Shown here one piece after another: positions 37,546-50,751 of a DNA stretch of 56,581 nt. The stretch's first letter is position 1. Each line of letters begins with the position of its first letter. Position numbers and translations under genes: made by a program. The notes beneath the pieces are model-generated. The model was given only the letters and a program-made list of their open reading frames with translations. It ran no database searches and was not told where the DNA came from. The stretch is from Octopus bimaculoides (taxonomy: Eukaryota), in NCBI RefSeq assembly GCF_001194135.2, contig NC_068992.1:11813558-11870138 (forward strand), written 5' to 3'.

Positions 37546-38681
37546 GTGAATGGGTGAATGAGTGAATGTGAATGGGTGCCCGATGATTTATTAACATTTC
37601 GGCTTCAGAGCAGAGTTAAGTAATCGTTCCCGAAACGTGAAAATTTACATATTTTTAATTAGCTTGATGATCAGTTTAATTGCTCTAATAATCAACTTCA
37701 GATCAAAGTTCACCTATCTTCCCTGTCTACTTCTTCGAAGTGTCCTTAATGTGGAATGACTGATGTGTGTAACAGACCATTCTAAATCTCGTACTCTGCA
37801 ACAGTATCTTACTTCATTTTAATTTTATCTTTTATATGATCTGTAGAAAGTTGCGTCCGACCGAATCAGCAACTTACACATAACTAATCCAGCAGTTCAG
37901 ATATTTGTATTCTGTCATCTGGACTGTGTTGTCTCTTTCCTAAATTATTTCATATTTAATTTCTAGCGAGGAAGGAAGTCAGGGTCCTTCTTTTGCATGG
38001 CGTCCAAGATTAATGTGCGGAAGAGAGGAAATTACCTTCACACCATAGATCTGGTTCAAATACTGGCAACAGAATGGATTCTGTTAAGGGCACCCAAAAT
38101 CCCAGATAATGGTGTTAGACCAGGCTCAGAATTAAGTTTTCCATTCAAGTAGGTAACGATAGGATCTAGTTGTGCCTGCTTCAAAATTCTAGTGTTTTTA
38201 CCGCCATAATTTCTCATGCGTACCACAGTTTCAAAACCTCTAATGTATAATCTGTAATCAGTCCTACATACTTTATCTAACTCTCCTCTCCATGGTATAC
38301 TGTGTTTCACCCCATATATACTTAGAGTTAGACATTTTGTCCAAGTATTTGTGCGGCAAACTATGAGACTTCCCACTCCGTCTGTCGTCTACCGGGAGGC
38401 CTCAATACTCATAAGTTAAATCTAAATACAGAGGCGGCGACAAAAGGCAATCATCACCGACCAGTGGAAAACCTCCTTCGGTCTTTCTTTTTGTTCAATA
38501 AGATCGAATGTCAATTGTATCTTTACCTGCGGACATCGAGAAACTTTGTTATGTGTCGTTGGTTGAATATCAACATTTTTGATCTAAACAAACTGAAGAA
38601 GCTATGCAGGGTCGATGGGACCTACGCCGCTTACATTGTCATTCTAGCATTCCCATGTTAGTTTTAGACTTATTCCTGTAG

Positions 38682-38708
38682 ATGAGAAGTCCCTTTTGTC
38701 CCGGCACC
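38682..38708 (+). CDS. Candidate 27-nt microexon E5 (phase 1: xEKSLLSRH)
   Basis: gttttagacttattcctgtag| acceptor, ACC|gtatgt donor; an alternative donor at 38734 would give 52 nt. Confidence 0.35.
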
Positions 38709-39651
38709 GTATGTCAGTATGAATTATCGGCAGGTAGGAATAGGAAATGAAATACAGGTCACGTGAGTTGCAAGATCTGTCATCGAATCTAGTGAAATGA
38801 CGACAACACGTCCAAGAGGCAGAAAGCGAAGAAAAAGGAAAGAACATTGTGGGAAGAAGCGGATTATGGCAATCTGAGTGATTATGGTGATAAAAGGATA
38901 ATGTGGAAGAAGAAGAAGAAGAAGAAGAAGAAGAAGAAGAAGAACAGCAATGGCGTAATCAGCATTGGCACCGTTAAATTTATCTCTGTCTTATTGCAAT
39001 GTACCATTTCGGCAAAGTTTAAGTCTGTGAAATTGCATTTCGGTTGTTGTATGTCTTATGTAGAATTGCTATCTGGCTGATGCATTTGTCTTGATCGGCT
39101 TAATTCTCGTTATCTTTCAAGACGTTGATCCGACTGTTTCGAAATCGTCTCCCGTGCCTACCGAGCTAAATTCTTCGATGACAGCCATATAGTTTAGTTA
39201 AGCTAAGATTCTATGTGAAGACAGATTTCAGAGAAACATTTCAAGTGCGTCAATTAAGACAGACAAGTTTTAGTTAACTTCCCATAAGCTTTTAGCTTGT
39301 TTCTTTAAATCAGATTTTCGTCTGGGTTTTACTGCTTTCCACAGGTCATAAGTTCAATTCTATGAAAAAGTTTAAGCAGGTTATATTAAATTGTTGAGTT
39401 CAGATTGATGATTTTTCTGGTAAGAGATTTGTTATTTCTTATCGCCAGGTAAGCCAACTGATACGATAGAGTTTAGCTTATTTTTTCTGAGACTTGCTGA
39501 GTTTAAGGCTTCCAGCTATCTCTTGAAATTCAGGTTAATACTGGTTTTTAGTATTGGAATTAATCCATAATATTCAGCATATAATTGATATTTAGCTATT
39601 TCGTCTGTAGCTGTTATTTAGTTGTTTAGATAATTCGTGTTCATCGAAACC

Positions 39652-39765
39652 AAAAGGATAAAAGGCAAAATCGACCTCGACGGAATTTGAACTCGGGACC
39701 TAAAAACAGACGAAATATCGCCAAATTTCGCCCGGCAGGCTAACAATTCTGTGAGTCGCCGCGTT
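39652..39765 (-). mobile_element. SINE family A, 5' half
   Basis: GGATAAAAGGCAAAATCGACCTCGACGGAATTTGAACTC...GCTAACAATTCTGTGAGTCGCCGC. Confidence 0.85.
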
Positions 39766-41375
39766 CCTAGTGTCTATATCGAAATTAATAATTTAAGAGT
39801 GAAACCGATCTCAGTATGATTTGAACTCAGAAACTCAATTGTTCCTAACTAAACACTGAATGTTATAACATTTCTCGGAGAGACGAACTTTGAAAAAGTT
39901 ACATTTTTCATTAATTTTAAAATTGATGTATGTATGTTTGTGCGTGTATGTGTATGTGTGTGTGCGCGTGTTTCACCAACCAACCAGTTAGCCAACCAGA
40001 CAACATGCCATCAATTCATTCATCCATATATCCATCTAGCCCTATATCTAATCAGGAAACCAACCAGGCAGACAAACCATTAAGTCTACCACATATATCC
40101 GCCATTTTGTCACGCTGTTCAGATTACGTATTTCTCTTCTCAAAGCTTTACAAACTATCAAAAGTAGCAACTACCAAACACAGAAAAAATATTAAAAAAT
40201 AACACATAAAACTTTAATAATAATAATAACACTCATTCTCCGTCTCCTTCCACCATAATTATCTTCTCTGTCATTAAGCTAAATTCTGGTGCCATAAATT
40301 ATGATATATTCCATGTTTAATGCAAAATCTCTTACACCACCACACACACAAAAATCAAATCAAATGCCGAAATTGCATATCAGCCTTACATTTTACACAT
40401 AAAATTTCACACTTCCTAACAAACAACGCTTCCTGTTACATTAATTATACTAAAACCTATGTCTGCGTGTGATGATATTTCGCCCATTACCATGCAGGGT
40501 CGTATGCTTGGATAGAAACTGCATTCATCAGCGTCAATCAATTTACTTATCTTCATATTTATCTTGATAAATTTAAGCCAACTTCATCTACGTTAATCTT
40601 ACTAGACTCATTCTGTCTCATCCATATTACTATTTATGACTATCAAAATTATGGAGGGGAATGCACGTACATGTACATATATGTAAATATACACACATAC
40701 ACACACACATATGTGTATGCATATCCTATATCTGTATGTATGTGTGTATGTAATTATGTATGCATGTATGTAGTCATTTACGTTTATGTGGGGAATCTGT
40801 TGGTGCTTCACAAACGTGCAGTATAATATCTGAAGAGTCATACAATATATATTCTGAGTGATCACATGTATACCTCCGAGTAATAATAAATGAGCCGCCA
40901 GTTCATTCCCCAAGCAATACAAATTTTTTCCATACACTTTTGTTTCATTTGTAAATATATATATATATTAGTAGTGAAAAAAACCCAACCTAAAATTGTG
41001 TTGCCGCTATGACCAGAAGAATCTTTATAACCATATCCATGTATAATGTTTACCCCTTGGCTTTCCTTATAAGTAGAAAGGCTGGTTGCCCCCTTAAGCT
41101 TTAAATCACTAGATAAAAAAGACAAATAAAATCAGGCACAGTTACAATTCCGCTTAGAATTAATTACTAGCCTGCTAGCTTTGGCTATGTCAAGATGGTC
41201 TTTTTGCATTCTTCTTTCCACTTAGATTGTTTAAATGTTGTCACAACAGTAATATGTCCATTCTGCTGAAATAAAATTTCAGGAAATTTTCTGTATCCTT
41301 GTGCATATATATACATAGGCATATATACATACATATATCTACATACATATATATATGCATATAAACATGCATATA

Positions 41376-41531
41376 TGGCTACAGGACGTCACAAGACGTA
41401 AACAACACGGGATACGAAAATATGGAATACGAACACCTTTGAGAACATCGAAAGGAACAAATGGAAAACAAGACAAGTAACATAAAGAACGACCCTTCAT
41501 CAGTTGTCGGCTGTTTTATCTACTCTACATT

Positions 41532-41535
<4 letters not shown>
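41376..41535 (-). mobile_element. Short interspersed repeat between (TA)n runs, probably Penelope-like terminal-repeat derived
   Basis: Minus strand has CGAAATGTA...CTGATGAAGGG followed by a pyrimidine-rich tract; architecture resembles the 50587 family. Confidence 0.35.
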
Positions 41536-41606
<71 letters not shown>

Positions 41607-41654
41607 ATTAGAAAATGGAGGATAATCCCTTAGTGGGTTGAATCCTCAACCCCT

Positions 41655-41718
41655 ACCAACCAGGCCAATCACGATACACTTATACCCTTAAAGCCAGGAA
41701 CTTTTCAGTATCTCATCA
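41655..41718 (+). mobile_element. Mariner MITE terminal fragment
   Basis: CCAACCAGGCC...ATACCCTTAAAGCCAGGAACTTTTCAG matches the TIR of the 23505/35981 copies. Confidence 0.7.
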
Positions 41719-41880
41719 TATATGGGTGGATGGGTGGATGGATGGACGGATAAATGGAAGAATGAATGGTATTGGTTATTTTGCGTAGATGGTGTAGGTT
41801 TTCTTAATGGTGTGAGAGGTTCAAGAAAGGAAAAAATTCCAATCTGCAGCAGGTTTTATACACACACTAGCTTATGTCTG

Positions 41881-41937
<57 letters not shown>

Positions 41938-42370
41938 NNNNNNNNNNNNNNNNNNNNNNNNNNNNNNNNNNNNNNNNNNNNNNNNNNNNNNNNNNNNNNN
42001 NNNNNNNNNNNNNNNNNNNNNNNNNNNNNNNNNNNNNNNNNNNNNNNNNNNNNNNNNNNNNNNNNNNNNNNNNNNNNNNNNNNNNNNNNNNNNNNNNNNN
42101 NNNNNNNNNNNNNNNNNNNNNNNNNNNNNNNNNNNNNNNNNNNNNNNNNNNNNNNNNNNNNNNNNNNNNNNNNNNNNNNNNNNNNNNNNNNNNNNNNNNN
42201 NNNNNNNNNNNNNNNNNNNNNNNNNNNNNNNNNNNNNNNNNNNNNNNNNNNNNNNNNNNNNNNNNNNNNNNNNNNNNNNNNNNNNNNNNNNNNNNNNNNN
42301 NNNNNNNNNNNNNNNNNNNNNNNNNNNNNNNNNNNNNNNNNNNNNNNNNNNNNNNNNNNNNNNNNNNNNN

Positions 42371-42449
<79 letters not shown>

Positions 42450-42879
42450 CAGATAGATAGAAGACAAGACTATCCGACAAATGCGAACATGAAAATCCGA
42501 GTAACAGTTTTTTGATGCCTTAGCAGCTTTCTTTAAAAAAGTCTATATGTGTGTGTGTGTGTGTGTGTGTGTATAGATATATACATATATCTATACGTAT
42601 TCATAAACATACATATATACATTCATGTAATTATATGTATATATGTATATATATAAGCATGGTGTGTATATATATATATATGTGCATATTCGTGTGCATA
42701 TATGTGCAAGTAACTTTATACATGTATATGTACATCCTTATATCAATACACACATTTTTGCATATTTGCGTGTGTATAACTGTGCCATCAAATACACATA
42801 CACCCACGCACGTATATGTTTTTCGACATTTCTTTTGCTTTGACTATTTGAAGTAACAATAGAAATACGCACACACACT

Positions 42880-42916
<37 letters not shown>

Positions 42917-43191
42917 TCACTTAAGTACATAAGTATGCATGTATGCATATATATATGTATGCATGTATGTATGTATGTATGTGTATGTATCCACACACAC
43001 GGACACAGAGACAGAAATACTTGTATGAATTTGTATGGGCGGACATGTATGCACAACACAGCAGCTAACATACTAAAAGACGCGGTAATACATGTAATTA
43101 ACGGCTTTTATCTTCAGAGTCATTTAGCGGTGCAAGTAGCGCATGTATAGTAATGGAAAACAAATATTTATATACCAGCATTGTGTGCGTT

Positions 43192-43395
43192 CTTTTATTC
43201 TTTTATTTGTTTCACTCATTTGAATACGGCCATGCTGGAGCACCGCATTTAGTCGAACAAATCGACCCCAGGACTTATTCTTTGTAAGCCTAGTACTTAC
43301 TCTATCGGTTTCTTTTTGCCGAACTGCTAAGTTATGGGAACGTAAACACACCAAAACCGGTAGTCAGAGATATTGGGAGAACAAACACAGACACA
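43192..43395 (-). mobile_element. SINE family D, tail segment (runs into gap)
   Basis: GGCCATGCTGGAGCACCGC...TAGTCGAACAAATCGACCCCAGGACTTATTCTTTGTAAGCCTAGTACTTA. Confidence 0.9.
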
Positions 43396-44572
43396 CAAAC
43401 GCACACACACACACACACACACACNNNNNNNNNNNNNNNNNNNNNNNNNNNNNNNNNNNNNNNNNNNNNNNNNNNNNNNNNNNNNNNNNNNNNNNNNNNN
43501 NNNNNNNNNNNNNNNNNNNNNNNNNNNNNNNNNNNNNNNNNNNNNNNNNNNNNNNNNNNNNNNNNNNNNNNNNNNNNNNNNNNNNNNNNNNNNNNNNNNN
43601 NNNNNNNNNNNNNNNNNNNNNNNNNNNNNNNNNNNNNNNNNNNNNNNNNNNNNNNNNNNNNNNNNNNNNNNNNNNNNNNNNNNNNNNNNNNNNNNNNNNN
43701 NNNNNNNNNNNNNNNNNNNNNNNNNNNNNNNNNNNNNNNNNNNNNNNNNNNNNNNNNNNATAAATTACATGGAAAAATGTGAACAAGAGAAATAATATTC
43801 TTAAGACTATAAACCTGGAAAAGTATAGGACAAGTTATTACATCTGGAAAAGTTCAGAACAAGAACATTTTTACTTAAAAAAAATTGCAGCTAATGATGA
43901 AATATCAAATAAAATATTTAGACTTAGAAAATATTCGATTTTATGAAAACTAAAATTGTTTTTACAAGTTATTGCTTCTATGTTATTACTTGTTACTTCT
44001 ATTAAAAATAAAAATAACTTCAAACAATTCATTTTTCTAATTATTAATTAATAATTAGAAATTTGAAAATAAGTTATAAAAAATAATAGTTGTACATTAT
44101 TTAGTACAATAAATAGAATAATAAAAGTTAGTTATATATTACAGTAAAATCTATCGATAACAACAAATGCACAGTAAAATTTGCTTGAGTTATTGCCTAA
44201 GTTATTGCTAAGCCTTCACATTTTTAGTCTTGTCCCAATCTTTTACATAATATATATACTATTCTACCATATACACTATTCTACTTTAGCTATATTAGTA
44301 TTTCTGACTCTCATTTTTTAAGTATTCTAGAGTGTGAATATTTTAACAAAATGATGGTAGCTATTTAATTATAATGTTAGTTTGTAAATTAAAATCAAAT
44401 AATTTTTAATATTCAAAGTTTATCCGAAGCTGCAATATTTTAAGTAAAAAGTTTTCTTGTTTTTTACGTTACCAGATGTAATGACTTGTCCTGTACTTTT
44501 GCAGGTTTATAATCTTAAATTTATTATTTCTCTTGCTCGCATTTTTTCCATATAATCCATGTGTTTTTCCAG

Positions 44573-44650
44573 GCTATGCTATTATGCTAATTAATAACGT
44601 GTCAGTTAATAATTTAAGATTTTGCCTTATGCTTTCTTCTATCATATGAG
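44573..44650 (+). other. Candidate 78-nt exon with stops in all frames; phase 1 is open until a terminal TGA
   Basis: atgtgtttttccag| acceptor, TGAG|gtaagt perfect donor. Confidence 0.22.
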
Positions 44651-45023
44651 GTAAGTACATATATTTTGCTTTTAAAACAAAAAAAGTTATTTAGATCTAA
44701 ACTTGATTGGAGGCGTTACTTACTCTCTTATAACGTTGCTACAAATTTTGATGCCAACTTTTTATTCTGCTGAAGAGATGTTTAGTTCACGCTAGATATG
44801 ACACCAATGGTTTTTTAAAACTATTACGTTAGATATCAAAATATANNNNNNNNNNNNNNNNNNNNNNNNNNNNNNNNNNNNNNNNNNNNNNNNNNNNNNN
44901 NNNNNNNNNNNNNNNNNNNNNNNNNNNNNNNNNNNNNNNNNNNNNNNNNNNNNNNNNNNNNNNNNNNNNNNNNNNNNNNNNNNNNNNNNNNNNNNNNNNN
45001 NNNNNNNNNNNNNNNNNNNNNNN

Positions 45024-45057
<34 letters not shown>

Positions 45058-46132
45058 TATATTTTGATATGTAACGTAATAGTTATCTATATAAATATAT
45101 GAAGATGAATATATACATATGTAAGTATACATACGTATGTATGTATATATATATATGTGTATATGTATATATGTGTGTGTGCTTGTGCGCGCGCGCGTGT
45201 GTGTTCAAGAGGGTTAATAATGCAGTAGTTGGTCGTATCTGAAGTGAGTTTGTACCATATCATATAGATTTAGTTCTATTAGTTTGTGTGCTTGTACCAC
45301 GCTTTCACAAGGCGTTTTAACTGCCTACATAATCCTGAATTGCCATAAGTTCCTTGTCAAACATTCTCCGCTCGATCGAGCGAATGATCGTGACAATGAC
45401 AGCCGGTAGGAGAGAGGGCTACACTGGCAGTTAGTTGGCTGGTTTTCATTTTTAACTGAGTAGACAGGAACAATGTGAAATGAATTACCTCGCTCAAGGA
45501 CGCAATGCATTGCTTTTAACAGGGAACAAACTTATGAATATGTTATTGAAGTCGAACACTATTTGGTGTGGAGAGGTTGACCTATTAAATCGATACAATA
45601 CATAACTTGTAATTCGTTTCATCGATACGGGTGGATGATAAACATTTCTGGGACCGGCCCATCTTGACGTCATTTCCGTGTCTTGTTATTTTCGGTTTCA
45701 ACTCACAACTTATACATTTAACGAGTAGACCTAAGTATTCGATAATATCGAACCCACCTCTTGTCAGATACTTATTTTATCATCCCTTCAAAGATAAAAG
45801 GCAATATCGATCTCGAAAGATGTAAAGAGACCTAACTTACATACAGCAAATATATATCGATTTCTAATAGAGACAGTAAGCCTCATATACTGCAAATACA
45901 TTAATACATTTCCTTATTTGATCACACTCTAAAAGCACATGAAAAGACTGAAAAGCCTAAATAAGGTGTTCAGCTGGAATGTTCTTCAACTGCATCCACT
46001 TAAAAAACAAAAAAAATAAATAATGCGTGTCTTATTGTCTACGTTTTTGCCAAGTAATCTAGAAATCACGCACGCACGCACTCACACACACAAAATACAT
46101 ACAGACACTGGCGCACCTATTTCTCTCTCTCT

Positions 46133-46163
<31 letters not shown>

Positions 46164-47332
46164 GCTTTATTCTATGAAATGTGCGTGTGTTTGTTGGAGG
46201 GGTGCGTAGTGGATTACTTGGCAAGAATGTAGACAATAAGGCCCGCATTTTTCTTTGAAGTGGACACAATTCATGAACCTTTCAATGAATACACACCCAT
46301 CCATCACACTCTCCTACAAACACACATATGCACTTATACGGTATTTTATATGTGTAATGTGCGTATATATGTATGTATGTAAGTATGTGCATATATATAT
46401 ATATATATATATATCATACATGCAAGCACACTGAATATGTTTGTAAGGGCAAGAATTGAACAAGTATAAAGCAATCCAGTAAAACAGTTCACACACGCAC
46501 GCATATCCAAGACGCGTGGATATCTGATTTCTTACATCATGTAAAAGCTGTGTTTGTACCGTCTTTTCTAAATAAATTTTATTTGCTATGTTAAACAGTC
46601 TTCATCTTCTTATACACACCCGACACTCTAAAAGTGGTGACCCCGATGTAAGAAGACTCACCCGTTTACGACAGATACTTTAGCCTTCTGAGACGATACA
46701 CAGCATTTTACGCTGTTCAATCTAATCAAATATACTTATTATTTGAGGTATACAACCGCCATCATCTATCATTCTATCATTCTACCATTCTATCATTCTA
46801 TCTGTATCAATTACTGTATTATCCAATGTTTCTTTTTTGCATCTAAAGACAATAGTGTGTGATTTGAGGTACATGAGGATGCTATTTCTATCAGTTCGAA
46901 TGACCACGTTGAGGTTTTCTTGAATCATTTCGCCGAAGAGTTTGTTCTGGTGTGAGTTACTTTCCTTTAGGTGTTGTTATGTTTTAATCACTGTCTCTGA
47001 GCATCACGTCGGTTTAATTATTCAAAGGAAAGGAATGTTATCACAGTATTTCATACAACAGCAATGTAATAAACGAAATGTGTGGTAAAAACTTTCTGGA
47101 AGCGCACCCATAAACGCTGCTCGATCGGGTAGAGATTCCTCCAGCTATTCAACGAGAACAACGTCAACATTAGCTTTAGCTGTCCAACATTACAAAAAGC
47201 CGTATTGCGGGCATTCAACGGTAATGCCAACAAGTGTAAAAACCGACATACAACTGCTGCAATATAAACGCATGCCGCATGAAAGCTAATTGCATTGAAA
47301 GAAACGCCTTTCATCGATGTATTCTCCATTAG

Positions 47333-47359
47333 CAAACAATTATATAGGGATGACAGAAA
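47333..47359 (+). CDS. Candidate 27-nt microexon E6 (phase 1: xNNYIGMTE)
   Basis: cctttcatcgatgtattctccattag| acceptor with upstream GCTAAT branch-like motif; GAAA|gtaagt donor. Confidence 0.45.
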
Positions 47360-48705
47360 GTAAGTTTAAAAATAGATCTAAAGCCAGCGAATGCTGTCCC
47401 ATCGATACACTTTGCATTACTTTTCAAAAAACAAAAGATAGGAATTCCGTAAATGTGTCGAAAAGTACATCCGTTCCTATTATAGCCAGTTACGTGACCA
47501 GATGCATGCACAAACACATCATCTATCTCAGATACCTGCCATTGACAAAACTATCGACAACTTGATCGACCACCTGACCAAACACGTCACGAAACATAAC
47601 ACCAGCCTGCATGCATGTGTGTGGGAACATGGAGGCCACATAGATAAACACTTAAAGGAGATATCGATAGATAGATAGATAGATAGATAGACAGAAACAC
47701 TGAAATATATGTATTTATATGAATAGACTCGGTCGCATGTTACAAAATGTGCATTTATATACATACAAGCATACACGCGAGTGCACACTCACACACATAT
47801 ACACACACATTTCTGCATATGTGTGTAATATATCTCTTTCGCTCTCTCTCTCTCTCTCTCTCTCTCTGAATATATGTATACATTTATGTATACAATTATA
47901 CAATTACGCGCGCGTGTCTGTGTGTGCTTATAAAGGCTGTACACACATTTGTATCCATATACATAATCTCATTCGATTGCTATACGTGTGTACGTATATG
48001 TATCAGATATGCTAAAAAAATGTTGGACGTAAATAAAATAAAATAAAATAAAATAAAATCTAATAAAACAACGGAAAATCAAAAAATTGCGTTAACATTT
48101 TGACATAGCTTCAAGTTCATATTTGTGTTTTCAAAGTAAATCACTGGATAAAAATTACTCAAGATTCAACCGCAAGAATTAGATTCGTTGCCGTTTCCAC
48201 GAAATTTGACCCTGAATGAACTCAAAATGACTTTTCCCAAGTGTGTCTACTTCCAACAACGATTCACACATATCTCTCCTTCTTCTGTTTGTCGTTTGCT
48301 TTTGCACAAAATGACGCTTCTACCAAGAGATTTACATTTTCTTATTTGCCTCTACAAACGTTCCTTTTGAATTTTCGTGTGTTTCCATTCACCTTCAAGC
48401 CACACGCACAAACACACACACACACAAACACACAGATGTACAAACGCATGCACATACGCACATAGACGCACACACACACGCACGCACGCACACATGCACA
48501 CATGCACACATACAGACATTCTCGTACATTTTTCTATGTATGATTTTATATGGTAGTCACACACATGCTTATAGACAAAAACATACATGCACGCATATAC
48601 ATATATATACCTGCATATATATATATATAAATATATATATATATANNNNNNNNNNNNNNNNNNNNNNNNNNNNNNNNNNNNNNNNNNNNNNNNNNNNNNN
48701 NNNNN

Positions 48706-48766
<61 letters not shown>

Positions 48767-49051
48767 TGCACGTATATTTGATATAGTAAACACGCATGCA
48801 CACACATATATTGATGTACACACACATATATACATATACATACAGATATATATACGTGTATATATATTTATATTTATATTACGAATGTGTAGGTATATTT
48901 ATGCCTCACAGGTTTTATTTTCATTTACATACACCTGTCTATCAAACGCTGTCTTTTGCTAAGTAAATTAGACATTTATTGTATATGCACATATACTAAT
49001 AGTGAATTCATGTAAGTGTGGGTGTGCCTGCATCTATGTGTTCTTAGGTGC

Positions 49052-49082
<31 letters not shown>

Positions 49083-49641
49083 CATAAATTTACGTACATC
49101 TGTTTTCGTGACCTTGTGTGCATATATGTATGCGTTTACATGTTGGTCTGTATATGTAGCTATATCCGCATTCTACTTTACATTACTGGATACATATGCA
49201 TATATANNNNNNNNNNNNNNNNNNNNNNNNNNNNNNNNNNNNNNNNNNNNNNNNNNNNNNNNNNNNNNNNNNNNNNNNNNNNNNNNNNNNNNNNNNNNNN
49301 NNNNNNNNNNNNNNNNNNNNNNNNNNNNNNNNNNNNNNNNNNNNNNNNNNNNNNNNNNNNNNNNNNNNNNNNNNNNNNNNNNNNNNNNNNNNNNNNNNNN
49401 NNNNNNNNNNNNNNNNNNNNNNNNNNNNNNNNNNNNNNNNNNNNNNNNNNNNNNNNNNNNNNNNNNNNNNNNNNNNNNNNNNNNNNNNNNNNNNNNNNNN
49501 NNNNNNNNNNNNNNNNNNNNNNNNNNNNNNNNNNNNNNNNNNNNNNNNNNNNNNNNNNNNNNNNNNNNNNNNNNNNNNNNNNNNNNNNNNNNNNNNNNNN
49601 NNNNNNNNNNNNNNTATATATATATATACAGACACACACAC

Positions 49642-49672
<31 letters not shown>

Positions 49673-50424
49673 TAGATATAGATATCATACATAGATATCA
49701 TACATAGATATCATACACACTCCGATGCATTTATTAAGCAGCTTCAGTAGTATTTAATAATTTACATGTGCGTATATTTATTTAATATATTTCAGTACAA
49801 CATAGAATATTATATGACATAATAGAGAATTACTTTATAATTTAATATAAATAATATCATACTATATAACAACTATATGTACTATCATCGCCTACGAAGC
49901 CGTGTGCACCAAATGGCTTCTTGTTATTCACACCGATCATACCTCTCCAGAACATGTTACCTTGTTAGTCATTATAAATAGGTTATGGCTCCATGGAATA
50001 ATTCTCAGTTGTTTATTTCAGAAAGGAACCCATCTTCTCGTGAATGATAGTATGTGGTTATAATATAATATGACGTACTGAATTATTCATAATGGTAGAC
50101 ACTATAAATACAGAATTTCAAAAAATTAAGAAAACAAATGCGACACGATGTACCAGAAACATAAGACTTAACACAACTTAGAAAAACAAAGAAAAATATG
50201 ACCGAGACAGTGAATACAAAATTGGGCTTTAGATGATACGAAATTAGGCTTTAGAGGATACAGAATAGGGCTTTATACAAGGTAGATGCTGAGACCAAAC
50301 GTCTATTACAGATGACAATACGAAAGGTATTTTATCTTTTTTTAATCACATGTTCAGCCATCTTTACTATTTTCTCATAATTCAGGTCTTATTTATTGCT
50401 AGCTTTTAATAAGCGTCTGCGTGT

Positions 50425-50515
50425 GACGGCATCAGACTGGCAGAATAGTTAGTATGCCGGGCAAAATGCTTAGGAATATATTTTCGGACTTTACGTACTG
50501 AGCTCAAATGCCGAA
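50425..50515 (+). mobile_element. SINE family A, 5' half
   Basis: CTGGCAGAATAGTTAGTATGCCGGGCAAAATGCTTAG...TTTACGTACTGAGCTCAAATGCCG. Confidence 0.8.
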
Positions 50516-50586
50516 TTTACCAAACACTATGATTCTCAACTTGTAACTGAAATCGAAGATATATATATATATATATATATATATAT

Positions 50587-50751
50587 CAATTTTTTTCTCC
50601 GTGTTTTTCTCCTTGTCTCCGTATTCTTTCTGTTGAAGAGCGTAGCTCGAAACGTCAAAGACTTTCCGTATTCCCGAGCGTCATACTAATATATCCTTTT
50701 GTTATTTACACCACCTGTCCTCGTCTGTTGTTATTATTTGTATATTCTCCC
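50587..50751 (+). mobile_element. Penelope-like terminal-repeat-derived short element in (TA)n with a minimal hammerhead-like motif
   Basis: TCTTT-CTG-TTGAAGA-G-CGTAGCT-C-GAAA-CG-TC-AAAGA at 50625-50661; near-identical inverted copy at about 55520-55633. Confidence 0.6.

Noticed and set aside
38056-38376. 106-aa minus-strand ORF and nearby decayed coding-like sequence to about 39650
   Set aside because: No recognisable motif; possibly old TE coding sequence but cannot be classified by eye.
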